The notes beneath the pieces are model-generated. The model had not been told where the DNA came from and did not search any database. It was given only the letters and a program-made list of their open reading frames with translations. The position numbers and the translations under genes are program-made. Below, in pieces: positions 45,630 to 54,759 of a stretch of DNA of 64,000 bases. This DNA is from Bacillota bacterium (lineage in GTDB: Bacteria > Bacillota > Clostridia > Christensenellales > CAMQZB01). Each line of letters starts with the position of its first letter. The first letter of the stretch is position 1. The stretch spans positions 50,571 to 114,570 of the forward strand of contig JAWXUX010000006.1 in the NCBI GenBank assembly GCA_044426045.1. Direction: 5' to 3'.

Positions 45630-45827
45630 GGTGAAAGGTGAAAGGTGAAAGGTGAAAGGTGTGGTAAGCACTCGGCTTCGCCTCGTGCATACAATATTAA
45701 ATATGAAACTATAAAAGTCACAAACAATTCAAAATGTTTGTGACTTTTTTTATTTTTCAATATAGAAAGCACAAGCGAAGCGAGTGCATTACCACACCTT
45801 TCACCTTTCACCTTTCACCTTTCACCT
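45630..45827. repeat. palindromic heptamer-tipped element, copy 1 (type I centre)
   Basis: (GGTGAAA)x4-GGTGTGGTAAGCACTCGGCTTCGCCTCGTGCATACAATATTAAATATGAAACTA..GTCACAAACA/TGTTTGTGAC hairpin+T7..ATAGAAAGCACAAGCGAAGCGAGTGCATTACCACACC-(TTTCACC)x4. Confidence 0.9.
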
Positions 45828-45885
45828 CAAAAAAAGCGTTCCAAAACACACACGCTAACCCTCGCCAAAACAGCGGGCACCAAAG

Positions 45886-46707
45886 CTATTCCTTCTCAAA
45901 AACCAATTTCTCCACCGCCCACGCGACTCCGTCTTGTTCGTTTGATAGGGTGTAGAAATTTGCGACGGATTTCACTTCGGCAACGGCGTTTGCCATGGCA
46001 ACACCTACGCCTTTTTCGCTTGCGAATTTTATCATGGAAACGTCGTTATATCCGTCGCCACAGCAAATCAAGTCGCTTTTGTCAAAGCCTAGGATTGGCA
46101 AAACTTTTTCGATTGATTTTGCCTTGTCTACGCCAAGTGGCACGATTTCAATAAAGAATGGTTCCGATCTGAAAACCCCCATAACGCCCTTATATTTTTC
46201 CGCGAGCACCTCGCAAAGTTTTTCCGCTTTTTCGGGCGCCGCCGTCATAAGGCATTTATTCACAGGGAATGTGATTTTGTCGAAATCTTCCACTTCTTTT
46301 ATTGGAAGTCGCAACAAATTCGCTTCAAATTTCACATATTCATCAACAAAAGTACCGCTGATCACTTCTTTTTCGTTGTACGTCAAAATTCCGCAATCAT
46401 ATGTTTTTGCAAACTCGAAAAGTTCGGGTATATATTTATTGTCAAGCTTTTGCTCGAAAACAACTTCCCCCGTTTTGTGATTTATCACCCTTGCGCCGTT
46501 ATACGAAAGGGAATATCCCCCACGAAGTGCAAATTCAAGCTCGTCGGCAATAAAAAGCACGCCAGGAGTTGGTCTGCCCGTTGCAAGCATGCAAGAATGC
46601 CCCATATCCATCATTTTTATTATAGTCTCGCGAGTTTTCGCGGTGATTTGCTTCTTTTGATTAGTAAGCGTTCCATCAATATCCAGCACAAGTAGCTTTT
46701 TGTTCAT
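45886..46707 (-). CDS. Cof-type HAD-IIB hydrolase
   Basis: LLVLDIDGTL (motif I), ..ATGR.. (motif II) and ..CCGDGYNDVSM.. (motif IV). Confidence 0.85.
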   Translation of the reverse strand: MNKKLLVLDIDGTLTNQKKQITAKTRETIIKMMDMGHSCMLATGRPTPGVLFIADELEFALRGGYSLSYNGARVINHKTGEVVFEQKLDNKYIPELFEFAKTYDCGILTYNEKEVISGTFVDEYVKFEANLLRLPIKEVEDFDKITFPVNKCLMTAAPEKAEKLCEVLAEKYKGVMGVFRSEPFFIEIVPLGVDKAKSIEKVLPILGFDKSDLICCGDGYNDVSMIKFASEKGVGVAMANAVAEVKSVANFYTLSNEQDGVAWAVEKLVFEKE

Positions 46708-46777
46708 AATGACCCCTTTTATAGTACCCTTTTTTATATGATAGCAGATTTTTGGTGAAAAGCCAAGGCTTTTTATA

Positions 46778-46989
46778 GGTAATAGGTAATAGGTAATAGG
46801 TAATAGGTGTGGTAATGCACTCGCTTCGCTTGTGCTTTCTATATTTTAAAATGATAATAGCCAGCAAACTTTATAAATCGTTTGCTGGCTGTTGTAGTTT
46901 CATATTAAAATAATGTGTGCACGGAGCGGAACGCGTAGTGCCTACCACACCTATTACCTATTACCTATTACCTATTACCTATTACCTAT
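46778..46989. repeat. palindromic heptamer-tipped element, copy 2 (type I centre, inverted, GGTAATA variant)
   Basis: (GGTAATA)x4-GGTGTGGTAATGCACTCGCTTCGCTTGTGCTTTCTATATT..CCAGCAAAC/GTTTGCTGG hairpin..GTGCACGGAGCGGAACGCGTAGTGCCTACCACACC-(TATTACC)x6. Confidence 0.9.
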
Positions 46990-47007
46990 TAAAAATGCTC
47001 CGCATTT

Positions 47008-49275
47008 TTAAACTTCAATCTCAAACTCTTCTCCTGCGTTATCGAATTTGAACACGAGTTCTCCGCCTACTTCTGCTTTTCCTGCGGCGAATTCGTAATC
47101 TGTGCCCGCTTTTGATGGGTAGAAGCATGAAACCAAGACATGGTTTTTCGCTTTTCCTGATGTCATAGTGTAGTGCCATTGTTTTTCAAGACCTGCGTAT
47201 TCTTCTGGGTTCACATCTGGGAATTCATCAGTGAGCGCCACATCGGCAATGCCTGAAGAAATGTGAAGCATTTGCATATCCAAATTCGCTTTTTCGCCAC
47301 GGATTGCATACTTATCTTCTTCAAATTCTGGTTTATAAATTGAATGAAGCAAGAAGTTCACTGGAAGTTCTTCTGAAACGTCAACTTTATCGATAATCAC
47401 ATAATATGTGTTATCAACCCAATAGATTTCTCTCGTGAAGTTTTCAAGTTCAGGCACGTTTTCAGCGTATGCTTTAGTCGCGTTTTCTTTCACATAAACA
47501 TATTTTTCAGTTTCTTCAAATTTTTCAACTTCGCCTGTTGCACTTAGTTGTTTGATTTTATCTTGGAGTGCATATTGACCTCTGCCGTCAACCAAAATAC
47601 AGTTTTTAGATTTCGTATGTCTTCTCCATTTTTTGTGCATATCGCTATCAAAAGAAACATAATAGCCACTTTCCACAAGAAGTGGGTCGCCATAGGCAAA
47701 CATCATGATTGCGTTTTGGTCGCCGTGTGAGTGAGAAACACAGCCATATCTGCTTGATTTTGTGAGTAGGAACACGTGGTTATCGTCGTCGTGCATATCT
47801 TTGTGCATTGCAACCCAGCCAACGTCGCCAAAATATCTCACGTTTCTGCCCGCTTTTGGAGCTTTTGAAACTAGCGGTGCGTGGTTTGACATGAACATCA
47901 TTTCGTCGAAATAGAAATCCCACCAACCGTTGTTATAAAACAAACCGTCATAATAATCTGATCTTTCAGCAATTCTGTCGCAATACCATTGATTTTCCGC
48001 ATTGCCAGTGTTTCCCGCAAGTGCACGAGCGTTGAAGCCCGCTTTCAAGATTGGTTTTTCGCCGATATTTGATTGGTCGCCAAATGAAGTTCTGTATGAA
48101 TCATGTGGCCAGCAATAAAGCGTGAAATCCGCTGTTTTTTGGAAGAATGGTCTTTTGAAAATGTCGATACCAGTGAAGTTTTTGAGCAAATTCAATGCGT
48201 CAATAAGGAAAGCAAGACCAGTTGTGTGGTACATTCCGCCTTCAGCCCAACCGCCGTCTTTTCCGCCCCAAGGCGTGTAAAGAACGTTCACATAATCAAC
48301 GGCACAGTTAACCCAATCTGCCGCTTCTTCATGGTCGTTATATAAAACAATTCCGCAAGGAACAAGCACTGAAGAAACCGAACGCACAGCGTGGCTGTCA
48401 AACAGCGCATATTGAATTTTTGAATCGTGGAAAACGTGAGTGATAACCTCTTTTGTTCTGATAACAAGAGATTCCAAAACTTTCGCTTTTTGCTCTTCAT
48501 TCATGTGGTTATAAAGCCAGTCATAACCCCAGCAAAGTGCGCCAACAACGCGGAATGCCGCTTCGTCGTTATAGCTTCTTTTTGTTGAGCCAAGTGGGTC
48601 CCAACCCGCGAGGTCAACCAACACTTCAATACCTTCGTTGATCCATTCCTCGTTATCTGTCACAACGCCCGCAACCGCAAGGAAACGCACGCGATTGAAA
48701 ACTTCTTGACAATCTTGATAACTTCTTCTCCAAAGTGGACGAGTTCTTTCATCGTTTGGATATCTTGCAGGCTCTTTCAAAAGTGGAGTGCCGGCATATC
48801 TTTTCACAGCGCCCTCGACAAATTTATCGAAATTGCAATGAGTGATATCCGCTTTCACTGCTGCTTTGAATTTTGCAAGTCTGTCGCCACAAAGCCACAA
48901 TCTTGGATGTGCAAGATCAGAATTTTCAAATCTCACATCAGCATATGGCATTGGACTTTCAGGGAGTCCCATTTCAAGTTCAAACTCGCGAACCGCGCTG
49001 AATTCATATTCACCGCCAGAAAGAGTGTATCTCCAGAAATATTTTCCAGGTGCCAATGTGTGATTTGGCGCAAAAAAGTTATATTTCAAGTTTGAATATT
49101 TATGTACGTCAGTTTCAAAGCTAGAATCTGTTGAAACTTCCAAATCGTATGGACCGTTTTCTTCATTAGTTGGTAGCCAAGAAAATCTTGGTGGATTTTC
49201 TGTCACTTCTGTGCTGCTTGGCAAATATTGCACCGTGAATATCCCACTTTCAGGTTCAATCAATTTTTTCATCAT
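47008..49275 (-). CDS. heparinase II/III-family polysaccharide lyase-like protein (DUF4962-type N-terminus)
   Basis: ..SRYGCVSHSHGDQNAIMMFAYGDPLLVESGYY.. is typical of the Hepar_II_III domain. Start set at the ATG after a GGAGA RBS. Confidence 0.75.
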   Translation of the reverse strand: MMKKLIEPESGIFTVQYLPSSTEVTENPPRFSWLPTNEENGPYDLEVSTDSSFETDVHKYSNLKYNFFAPNHTLAPGKYFWRYTLSGGEYEFSAVREFELEMGLPESPMPYADVRFENSDLAHPRLWLCGDRLAKFKAAVKADITHCNFDKFVEGAVKRYAGTPLLKEPARYPNDERTRPLWRRSYQDCQEVFNRVRFLAVAGVVTDNEEWINEGIEVLVDLAGWDPLGSTKRSYNDEAAFRVVGALCWGYDWLYNHMNEEQKAKVLESLVIRTKEVITHVFHDSKIQYALFDSHAVRSVSSVLVPCGIVLYNDHEEAADWVNCAVDYVNVLYTPWGGKDGGWAEGGMYHTTGLAFLIDALNLLKNFTGIDIFKRPFFQKTADFTLYCWPHDSYRTSFGDQSNIGEKPILKAGFNARALAGNTGNAENQWYCDRIAERSDYYDGLFYNNGWWDFYFDEMMFMSNHAPLVSKAPKAGRNVRYFGDVGWVAMHKDMHDDDNHVFLLTKSSRYGCVSHSHGDQNAIMMFAYGDPLLVESGYYVSFDSDMHKKWRRHTKSKNCILVDGRGQYALQDKIKQLSATGEVEKFEETEKYVYVKENATKAYAENVPELENFTREIYWVDNTYYVIIDKVDVSEELPVNFLLHSIYKPEFEEDKYAIRGEKANLDMQMLHISSGIADVALTDEFPDVNPEEYAGLEKQWHYTMTSGKAKNHVLVSCFYPSKAGTDYEFAAGKAEVGGELVFKFDNAGEEFEIEV

Positions 49276-49477
49276 ATAATTCTCCATTTCTCTTTTTTAA
49301 GACGTTCAGCTTTTAGCATACCGCCCCGTTTTTCTCTTTGGCAAGTACATCTCGCCACAACAATAGTAGTATACCACACTTTTGTGGTGTTATCAAGGGG
49401 TTTGGGGAGAAAGTTTGGGTTTGGGGGGAAGTTTTTTGAGTAAAATTTTGAAAGGTGCAATGTGCAATGTAAAAAAA

Positions 49478-49679
49478 GTGAAAGGTGAAAGGTGAAAGGT
49501 GAAAGGTGTGGTAGGCACTCGCTACGCTCGTGCACCCTATTTATATTTGGGCAGTAAAAAAGGAACGCTGCTATTGAATAGTTGCGCTCCTATCATGGAT
49601 TACATATATAATTGAAAAGCACAAGGCGAAGCCGAGTGCATTACCACACCTTTCACCTTTCACCTTTCACCTTTCACCT
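49478..49679. repeat. palindromic heptamer-tipped element, copy 3 (type II centre)
   Basis: GTGAAA(GGTGAAA)x3-GGTGTGGTAGGCACTCGCTACGCTCGTGCACCCTATTTATATTTGG..AGGAACGC/GCGCTCCT hairpin..ATATATAATTGAAAAGCACAAGGCGAAGCCGAGTGCATTACCACACC-(TTTCACC)x4. Confidence 0.9.
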
Positions 49680-49692
49680 TAAGCGTAGCGTC

Positions 49693-50118
49693 TCACTTCC
49701 CCTCTGCTCCAACATCCTCAGTTTCTCCCGCTTCTGCTTCGTATGGATTTTTCATGCAGAAGTTTGCAATGCATGACATTGTGTGGTCTGAGAAGATGTG
49801 CTCTAGTTTACAACACTCGATTTCGGCGTTTTCTTCTGTTGCACCAAGCGTGAGAAGAAATCTTTTCAAAAGGACGTGTTTGCAAGTGATTGAAAGGGCT
49901 ACTTTTCTGCCGTCTTCTGTCAAGATGATATCGCTGTAGGCTTCTTTTGTTATAAGTCCTTTTGCAATCAAATCGTTTGCAGCAACACTGACCGCGGGCT
50001 TAGTCACATTGAGTTCTTTCGCAACGTCCACTGATCTTGTTGAGCCATTTTTCATAAGACGCAAAATTGCCTCAAGGTAATCTTCGTTTGATGGTGTAAG
50101 GTTCAAATCTTTTGCCAT
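49693..50118 (-). CDS. DtxR/MntR-family metal-dependent transcriptional regulator
   Basis: ..TPSNEDYLEAILRLMKNGSTRSVDVAKELNVTKPAVSVAANDLIAKGLI.. Confidence 0.85.
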   Translation of the reverse strand: MAKDLNLTPSNEDYLEAILRLMKNGSTRSVDVAKELNVTKPAVSVAANDLIAKGLITKEAYSDIILTEDGRKVALSITCKHVLLKRFLLTLGATEENAEIECCKLEHIFSDHTMSCIANFCMKNPYEAEAGETEDVGAEGK

Positions 50119-50218
50119 TTTTTATCCCTCTCTATACTCTCTTTTTTCATAGTATACACTACTTAACAAAAAATGTCAACCCCCTTAAACTTTTTTGAGG
50201 GAAAGGGAGGGAGGAGAT

Positions 50219-50437
50219 AGGTAATAGGTGAAAGGTAGAAAAGGTGAAAGGTGAAAGGTGAAAGGTGAAAGGTGTGGTAAGCACTCCGCTTCGCTCCGTG
50301 CACCCCATTATATTTGGCTAGTAAAATAGGAACGCCCCTAAAAAATAGTTACGTTCCTACAAGTGGTTACAAATATAATTGAAAAGCACGAGGGCACCGA
50401 GTGCATTACCACACCTTTCACCTTTCACCTTTCACCT
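50219..50437. repeat. palindromic heptamer-tipped element, copy 4 (type II centre, mixed heptamer array)
   Basis: The left array reads AGGTAAT AGGTGAA AGGTAGA AA AGGTGAA x4. Arms are GGTGTGGTAAGCACTCCGCTTCGCTCCGTGCACCCC.. and ..GCACGAGGGCACCGAGTGCATTACCACACC-(TTTCACC)x3. Centre hairpin AGGAACG/CGTTCCT. Confidence 0.9.
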
Positions 50438-50495
50438 TAAAAAAGCGTCGCAAACAACTCCGCTCACACAAACCAACCTGCGTGCCCCCTCGCTC

Positions 50496-52319
50496 TTATT
50501 CGAGCAGTGACAGTCCTGTGTATAAATCAAAATATCTGCCTTTCTTTTCGAGAAGTTCGTGGTGGTTGCCTTGTTCGATAATCTCGCCTTTTTCAAGCAC
50601 CATTATTCTGTCGGAATTTCGCACTGTTGAAAGGCGGTGGGCGATGACAAAGGTTGTTCTTTGGCTTGTGAGCCTGTCAAGCGCTTGTTCGATATATCTT
50701 TCTGTTCTTGTGTCCACCGAGCTTGTTGCCTCGTCAAGAACCAAGATTGGTGCTTTTGAAATTGCCGTTCTTGCGATATTCAAAAGCTGCCGTTGACCTT
50801 GCGAAAGATTTGAACCGTCGCCGTCAAGCATAGTGTCGTATCCATGCTCAAGCCTTCTGATAAAGCCATCGGCGTTTGCCGTTTTTGCAGCCTCGATAAC
50901 TTCTTCGTCGCTCGCGTCAAGTCTGCCGTAACGAATATTTTCCATAACCGTGCCAGAAAAAAGATGCGTGTCTTGAAGCACCACTGCGATATTTTCGCGA
51001 AGGAAATCTTTTTTGATGTGGCGAATATCCACGCCGTCGATTGTAATCTCCCCGCTGTTGATTTCATAAAAACGGTTAACAAGGTTGATAATCGTTGTTT
51101 TGCCAGCGCCAGTCGAGCCAACAAAAGCGATTTTTTCACCCGAGTTTGCCGAAAGGCTGATACCTTTCAAGATTGTTTGACCTTCAACATATCCAAAAAC
51201 TACATCTTTGAATTCAACATTGCCAATCATGTTTTCAATTTCCACCGCATCATCTGCATCGGCAAATTCAGGGTCGGCATCCATAACGTCAAACACGCGC
51301 TCTGCACCCGCAAGGGCTGCAAAAATAGTGTTGACTTGCCCCGCCATATCGTTGATTGGGCGAGTGAAACTTCTTGCATAGTTAACAAACACGGTGTAGC
51401 CACCCACGTCAAATCCTTGCAAAAGACACATCATGCCCGCAACACCCGCAGTGACTGAATAACTGAGCTGTCCGATTGAAGACATGATAGGTCCCATCAT
51501 ACTGCTTAAAAATTGTGCGTTGAAAGATTTTTTGCGATAGTCTTGGTTAAGGCTTGAAAAGCCCTTTGCAGCTTCCTCCTCATGATTGAAAACCTTGATG
51601 ACTTTTTGACCTGTCACAAGTTCTTCGATATATCCGTTAAGTTCGCCGATCGAACCTTGTTGCGCCTTATATGCCTTCATGCTTCGCTTGCCGATTTGCT
51701 TTGTTGCAAGGGTGAACATTGGCGAAAGGCAAAGTGTCACAATCGTCAAAATCCAGTTAGTGTAGAACATGATACACGTTATTGTGATAAGGGTTATAAT
51801 CCCCGAAATGAACTGCACGCATGTTGTTGAAAGCATTTGATTGATAACATCGACGTCGTTTGTGAAACGGCTCATAAGGTCGCCGTTGTTGTGGCTGTCG
51901 AAATATTTCAATGGCAATTTTTGAAGTGCCACCAAAAGGTCATAACGCATTTTTTCAAGCGCCGATTGTGCAACTTCAAGCATCAATCTTGATTGCATAT
52001 AGTTGCTGACACCCGCACACGCATAAATGCTTGCCATGATGATAAGGTTTTTCACAAGCGTTGTAAGCCCCGAACCATCGATGATTCCATTGATGATTGG
52101 ACGAACCATATATGCCGCGATAAGCGTCAGCACGGCGTTTGCCACGATAAAGAAAAACGCAACGCTGAGAAGGATTTTTCTCGCACTGAGATACCCCCAA
52201 ATGCGGAGGATTGTTTCTTTTGTGTTTCTGAGTTTTGGTCTTTCGGCAAATCTTCTGCCGGCAGGTCCTGGACCACGTTGTGGAAGAAGCTCTAAGCCTT
52301 GTTTAGCAGCCATATTCAC
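50496..52319 (-). CDS. ABC transporter, fused permease/ATPase (exporter, second subunit)
   Basis: Walker A GSTGAGKTT, signature LSQGQRQ, Walker B ILVLDEATS, and an N-terminal 6-TM domain. Confidence 0.9.
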   Translation of the reverse strand: MNMAAKQGLELLPQRGPGPAGRRFAERPKLRNTKETILRIWGYLSARKILLSVAFFFIVANAVLTLIAAYMVRPIINGIIDGSGLTTLVKNLIIMASIYACAGVSNYMQSRLMLEVAQSALEKMRYDLLVALQKLPLKYFDSHNNGDLMSRFTNDVDVINQMLSTTCVQFISGIITLITITCIMFYTNWILTIVTLCLSPMFTLATKQIGKRSMKAYKAQQGSIGELNGYIEELVTGQKVIKVFNHEEEAAKGFSSLNQDYRKKSFNAQFLSSMMGPIMSSIGQLSYSVTAGVAGMMCLLQGFDVGGYTVFVNYARSFTRPINDMAGQVNTIFAALAGAERVFDVMDADPEFADADDAVEIENMIGNVEFKDVVFGYVEGQTILKGISLSANSGEKIAFVGSTGAGKTTIINLVNRFYEINSGEITIDGVDIRHIKKDFLRENIAVVLQDTHLFSGTVMENIRYGRLDASDEEVIEAAKTANADGFIRRLEHGYDTMLDGDGSNLSQGQRQLLNIARTAISKAPILVLDEATSSVDTRTERYIEQALDRLTSQRTTFVIAHRLSTVRNSDRIMVLEKGEIIEQGNHHELLEKKGRYFDLYTGLSLLE

Positions 52320-54045
52320 TCACCTCCTTGCCAGTTTGCGATTCAAAGATTTCACGGTATGTTTGTGAAGTTTTAAGCAGTTCGCTATGCGTTCCGCTCG
52401 CCTCAATTTTGCCGTCGTTCATAACAAATATGTTATCCGCATCAACAACCGAAGTTATTCTTTGCGCGATAATAATCTTTGTTGTGCCCGCAAGCTCGTT
52501 TTTGAGGTGCTCGGAAATCGCATGCTCGGTTGCAGTGTCAACTGCCGACATGCTGTCGTCAAGAATAAGAATTTTTGGCTTTTTGAGAAGTGCACGCGCA
52601 ATGCAAAGACGTTGTTTTTGACCGCCCGAGAAATTCACCCCGCCTTGGTCGACCCATTCGTCATAGCCATCTTCTTTTTCCAAAATAAAGCTGTGTGCTT
52701 GTGCCCAATTGGCAACGGTGCGAATTTCTTCATCGCTCGCTTCCATATCCCCCCAATGAAGGTTTTCAGAAATCGTGCCAGTGAAAAGGCTGTTTTGTTG
52801 CAACACAACAGAAACGCCGTCGCGAAGATTTTTGAGTGCATAATCGCGAACGTCAACGCCGTCAACCAAAATTGCACCGCTGTCCGCATCATAAAGCCTT
52901 GGAATCATGTTCACTAGGCTTGTTTTACCAGAGCCAGTCGAGCCGATGATACCAACAGTTTCGCCACCATTGATTTTGAGCGACACATCTGAAAGAACTT
53001 TTTCAGTGTTGTCTTTATAATATTTGAAAGAGACATTCCTGAATTCAATGTCGCCTTTTTCAACTTCTTTTTCTTTATATTTTGCAAAAATATCGGTGAT
53101 ATCAACTTCGCAATCGAGAATTTCCGAAACACGTTTTGCACTGATAATCGCACGAGAGCCTTGCAAAAACACGTTTGTGAGCATGTTAACAGAAAACAAA
53201 ATTTGCGTGAGATATGTCAAAAACGCACTGATGTCGCCAACCAAGATTTCATTTTTACCAAGTGCCACACTGCCCACATAAATGATAACAACTGAAGCCA
53301 TGTTCACAACAAGCGTCATGATCGGAAGTTGCATGATTGTTATTCTGTAAGCCGCAAGCCCCGCCCCGCGAAGTTCGCCATTCACTGTTTCAAATTCGTC
53401 GTTTTCGTGATTTTCACGAGTGAAACCTTTGATAACACGCACATTTGTGAGAATTTCACGGATTTTGATGTTTATTCCGTCAATTTTGATTTGCAAGAGC
53501 GAAAATTTCTTATATGAATAGTACAAAACAAGGAAAATCACCGAAATGAGCACTGGAAAAATGCACATATATATCGTTGAAATGCTTGGATTGATTTGCC
53601 ACGCCATATAAATCGCGCCAATAAGCATGCCCGGCGCACGGAATATCATGCGAAGTGCAAGAACTATCGTTGTTTGCATTTGCGTGATATCGTTTGTGAG
53701 CCTTGTCACAAGCGAACCCGTTGAAAATTCGTCGATATTATTGAATGAAAATTCTTGAATTTTAGAAAACAAATCCTCACGCAAGTCACAGCAAAAATTC
53801 ACCGACGCGCGCGAAGAAAAAAACGATCCCGAAACGCCACAGCAAACTGCAAGGACTGCCGTGCCAACCATCATCGCCATATACTTATAAATTTCTGTTA
53901 TCTCGCCACTGGCAACGCCCAAATTCACGATATCCGCTGAATAGCTCGGAATTTGCACATCACACCACACCTCAACCAACATAAGCATCGGTGCAATCGC
54001 GAAAAAATACCAATACGGCTTAGCGTATTTTAAAAACTTTCTCAT
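52303..54045 (-). CDS. ABC transporter, fused permease/ATPase (exporter, first subunit)
   Basis: Walker A GSTGSGKTS, signature FSGGQKQR, Walker B ILILDDSMS. Start set at MRKFLKYAKPYWYFF. The stop overlaps the next gene's start. Confidence 0.9.
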   Translation of the reverse strand: MRKFLKYAKPYWYFFAIAPMLMLVEVWCDVQIPSYSADIVNLGVASGEITEIYKYMAMMVGTAVLAVCCGVSGSFFSSRASVNFCCDLREDLFSKIQEFSFNNIDEFSTGSLVTRLTNDITQMQTTIVLALRMIFRAPGMLIGAIYMAWQINPSISTIYMCIFPVLISVIFLVLYYSYKKFSLLQIKIDGINIKIREILTNVRVIKGFTRENHENDEFETVNGELRGAGLAAYRITIMQLPIMTLVVNMASVVIIYVGSVALGKNEILVGDISAFLTYLTQILFSVNMLTNVFLQGSRAIISAKRVSEILDCEVDITDIFAKYKEKEVEKGDIEFRNVSFKYYKDNTEKVLSDVSLKINGGETVGIIGSTGSGKTSLVNMIPRLYDADSGAILVDGVDVRDYALKNLRDGVSVVLQQNSLFTGTISENLHWGDMEASDEEIRTVANWAQAHSFILEKEDGYDEWVDQGGVNFSGGQKQRLCIARALLKKPKILILDDSMSAVDTATEHAISEHLKNELAGTTKIIIAQRITSVVDADNIFVMNDGKIEASGTHSELLKTSQTYREIFESQTGKEVSEYGC

Positions 54046-54267
54046 CTTTCCCCCATAAAGTCCATTATATAATGTTCCAAGTGGCAAATCTTCACCACTT
54101 TTTTCCCATCCTTATTATATTATAGCCCGATTTTTTTTCGGTGTCAACAAATTGATAGCGAGATTGAGATTTTTTTACATGTTAGTGTGGTAGATGGTGT
54201 TGGGAAGTCTTTTGGTGCACGCATTTGGCGCAGGGGGGAGAGGTTTAAAAGCGGGACGCAGTTTTTG

Positions 54268-54457
54268 AGGTGAAAGGTGAAAGGTGAAAGGTGAAAGGTA
54301 AGGTAGGCACTCGCTTCGCTCGTGCATACAATATTTTTGATTTATGACTATATTAGATTTTTTCATTGTGAAGTGTTCGGTTTTGTAATAAATATAAAGT
54401 AATGGAAAGCACAAGGGCAAAGCCCGCGTGCATTACCACACCTTTCACCTTTCACCT
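54268..54457. repeat. palindromic heptamer-tipped element, copy 5 (divergent centre)
   Basis: (AGGTGAA)x4-AGGTAAGGTAGGCACTCGCTTCGCTCGTGCATACAATATTTTTGATT....GGAAAGCACAAGGGCAAAGCCCGCGTGCATTACCACACC-(TTTCACC)x2. Confidence 0.85.
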
Positions 54458-54759
54458 TTAAAAACAGCGTTCACAACCCCAACTCTCCCCCAAAACAAAA
54501 AAGCGGGCAAAAAAAAATCCCCCACAGCAAAATCGCAAAGCCGCGGGGGGAAAGGTGATAGCTATTAAATTATAATTGAAAGCAGATTTCCATCTCGAGG
54601 TTGGATTATAAAAACACCAACCGTACCGCCTATCGGCAGGGACAGAATCGTGCTTTGTGCAAGGCAAAGGGTTATTTGGGCGAGGGCGCGTACTGACGTA
54701 CGTAACCGAGCACAAATGTTCCTTTAACGCAGCAGAAAGTGCGATTGTGGCACTGCCTG

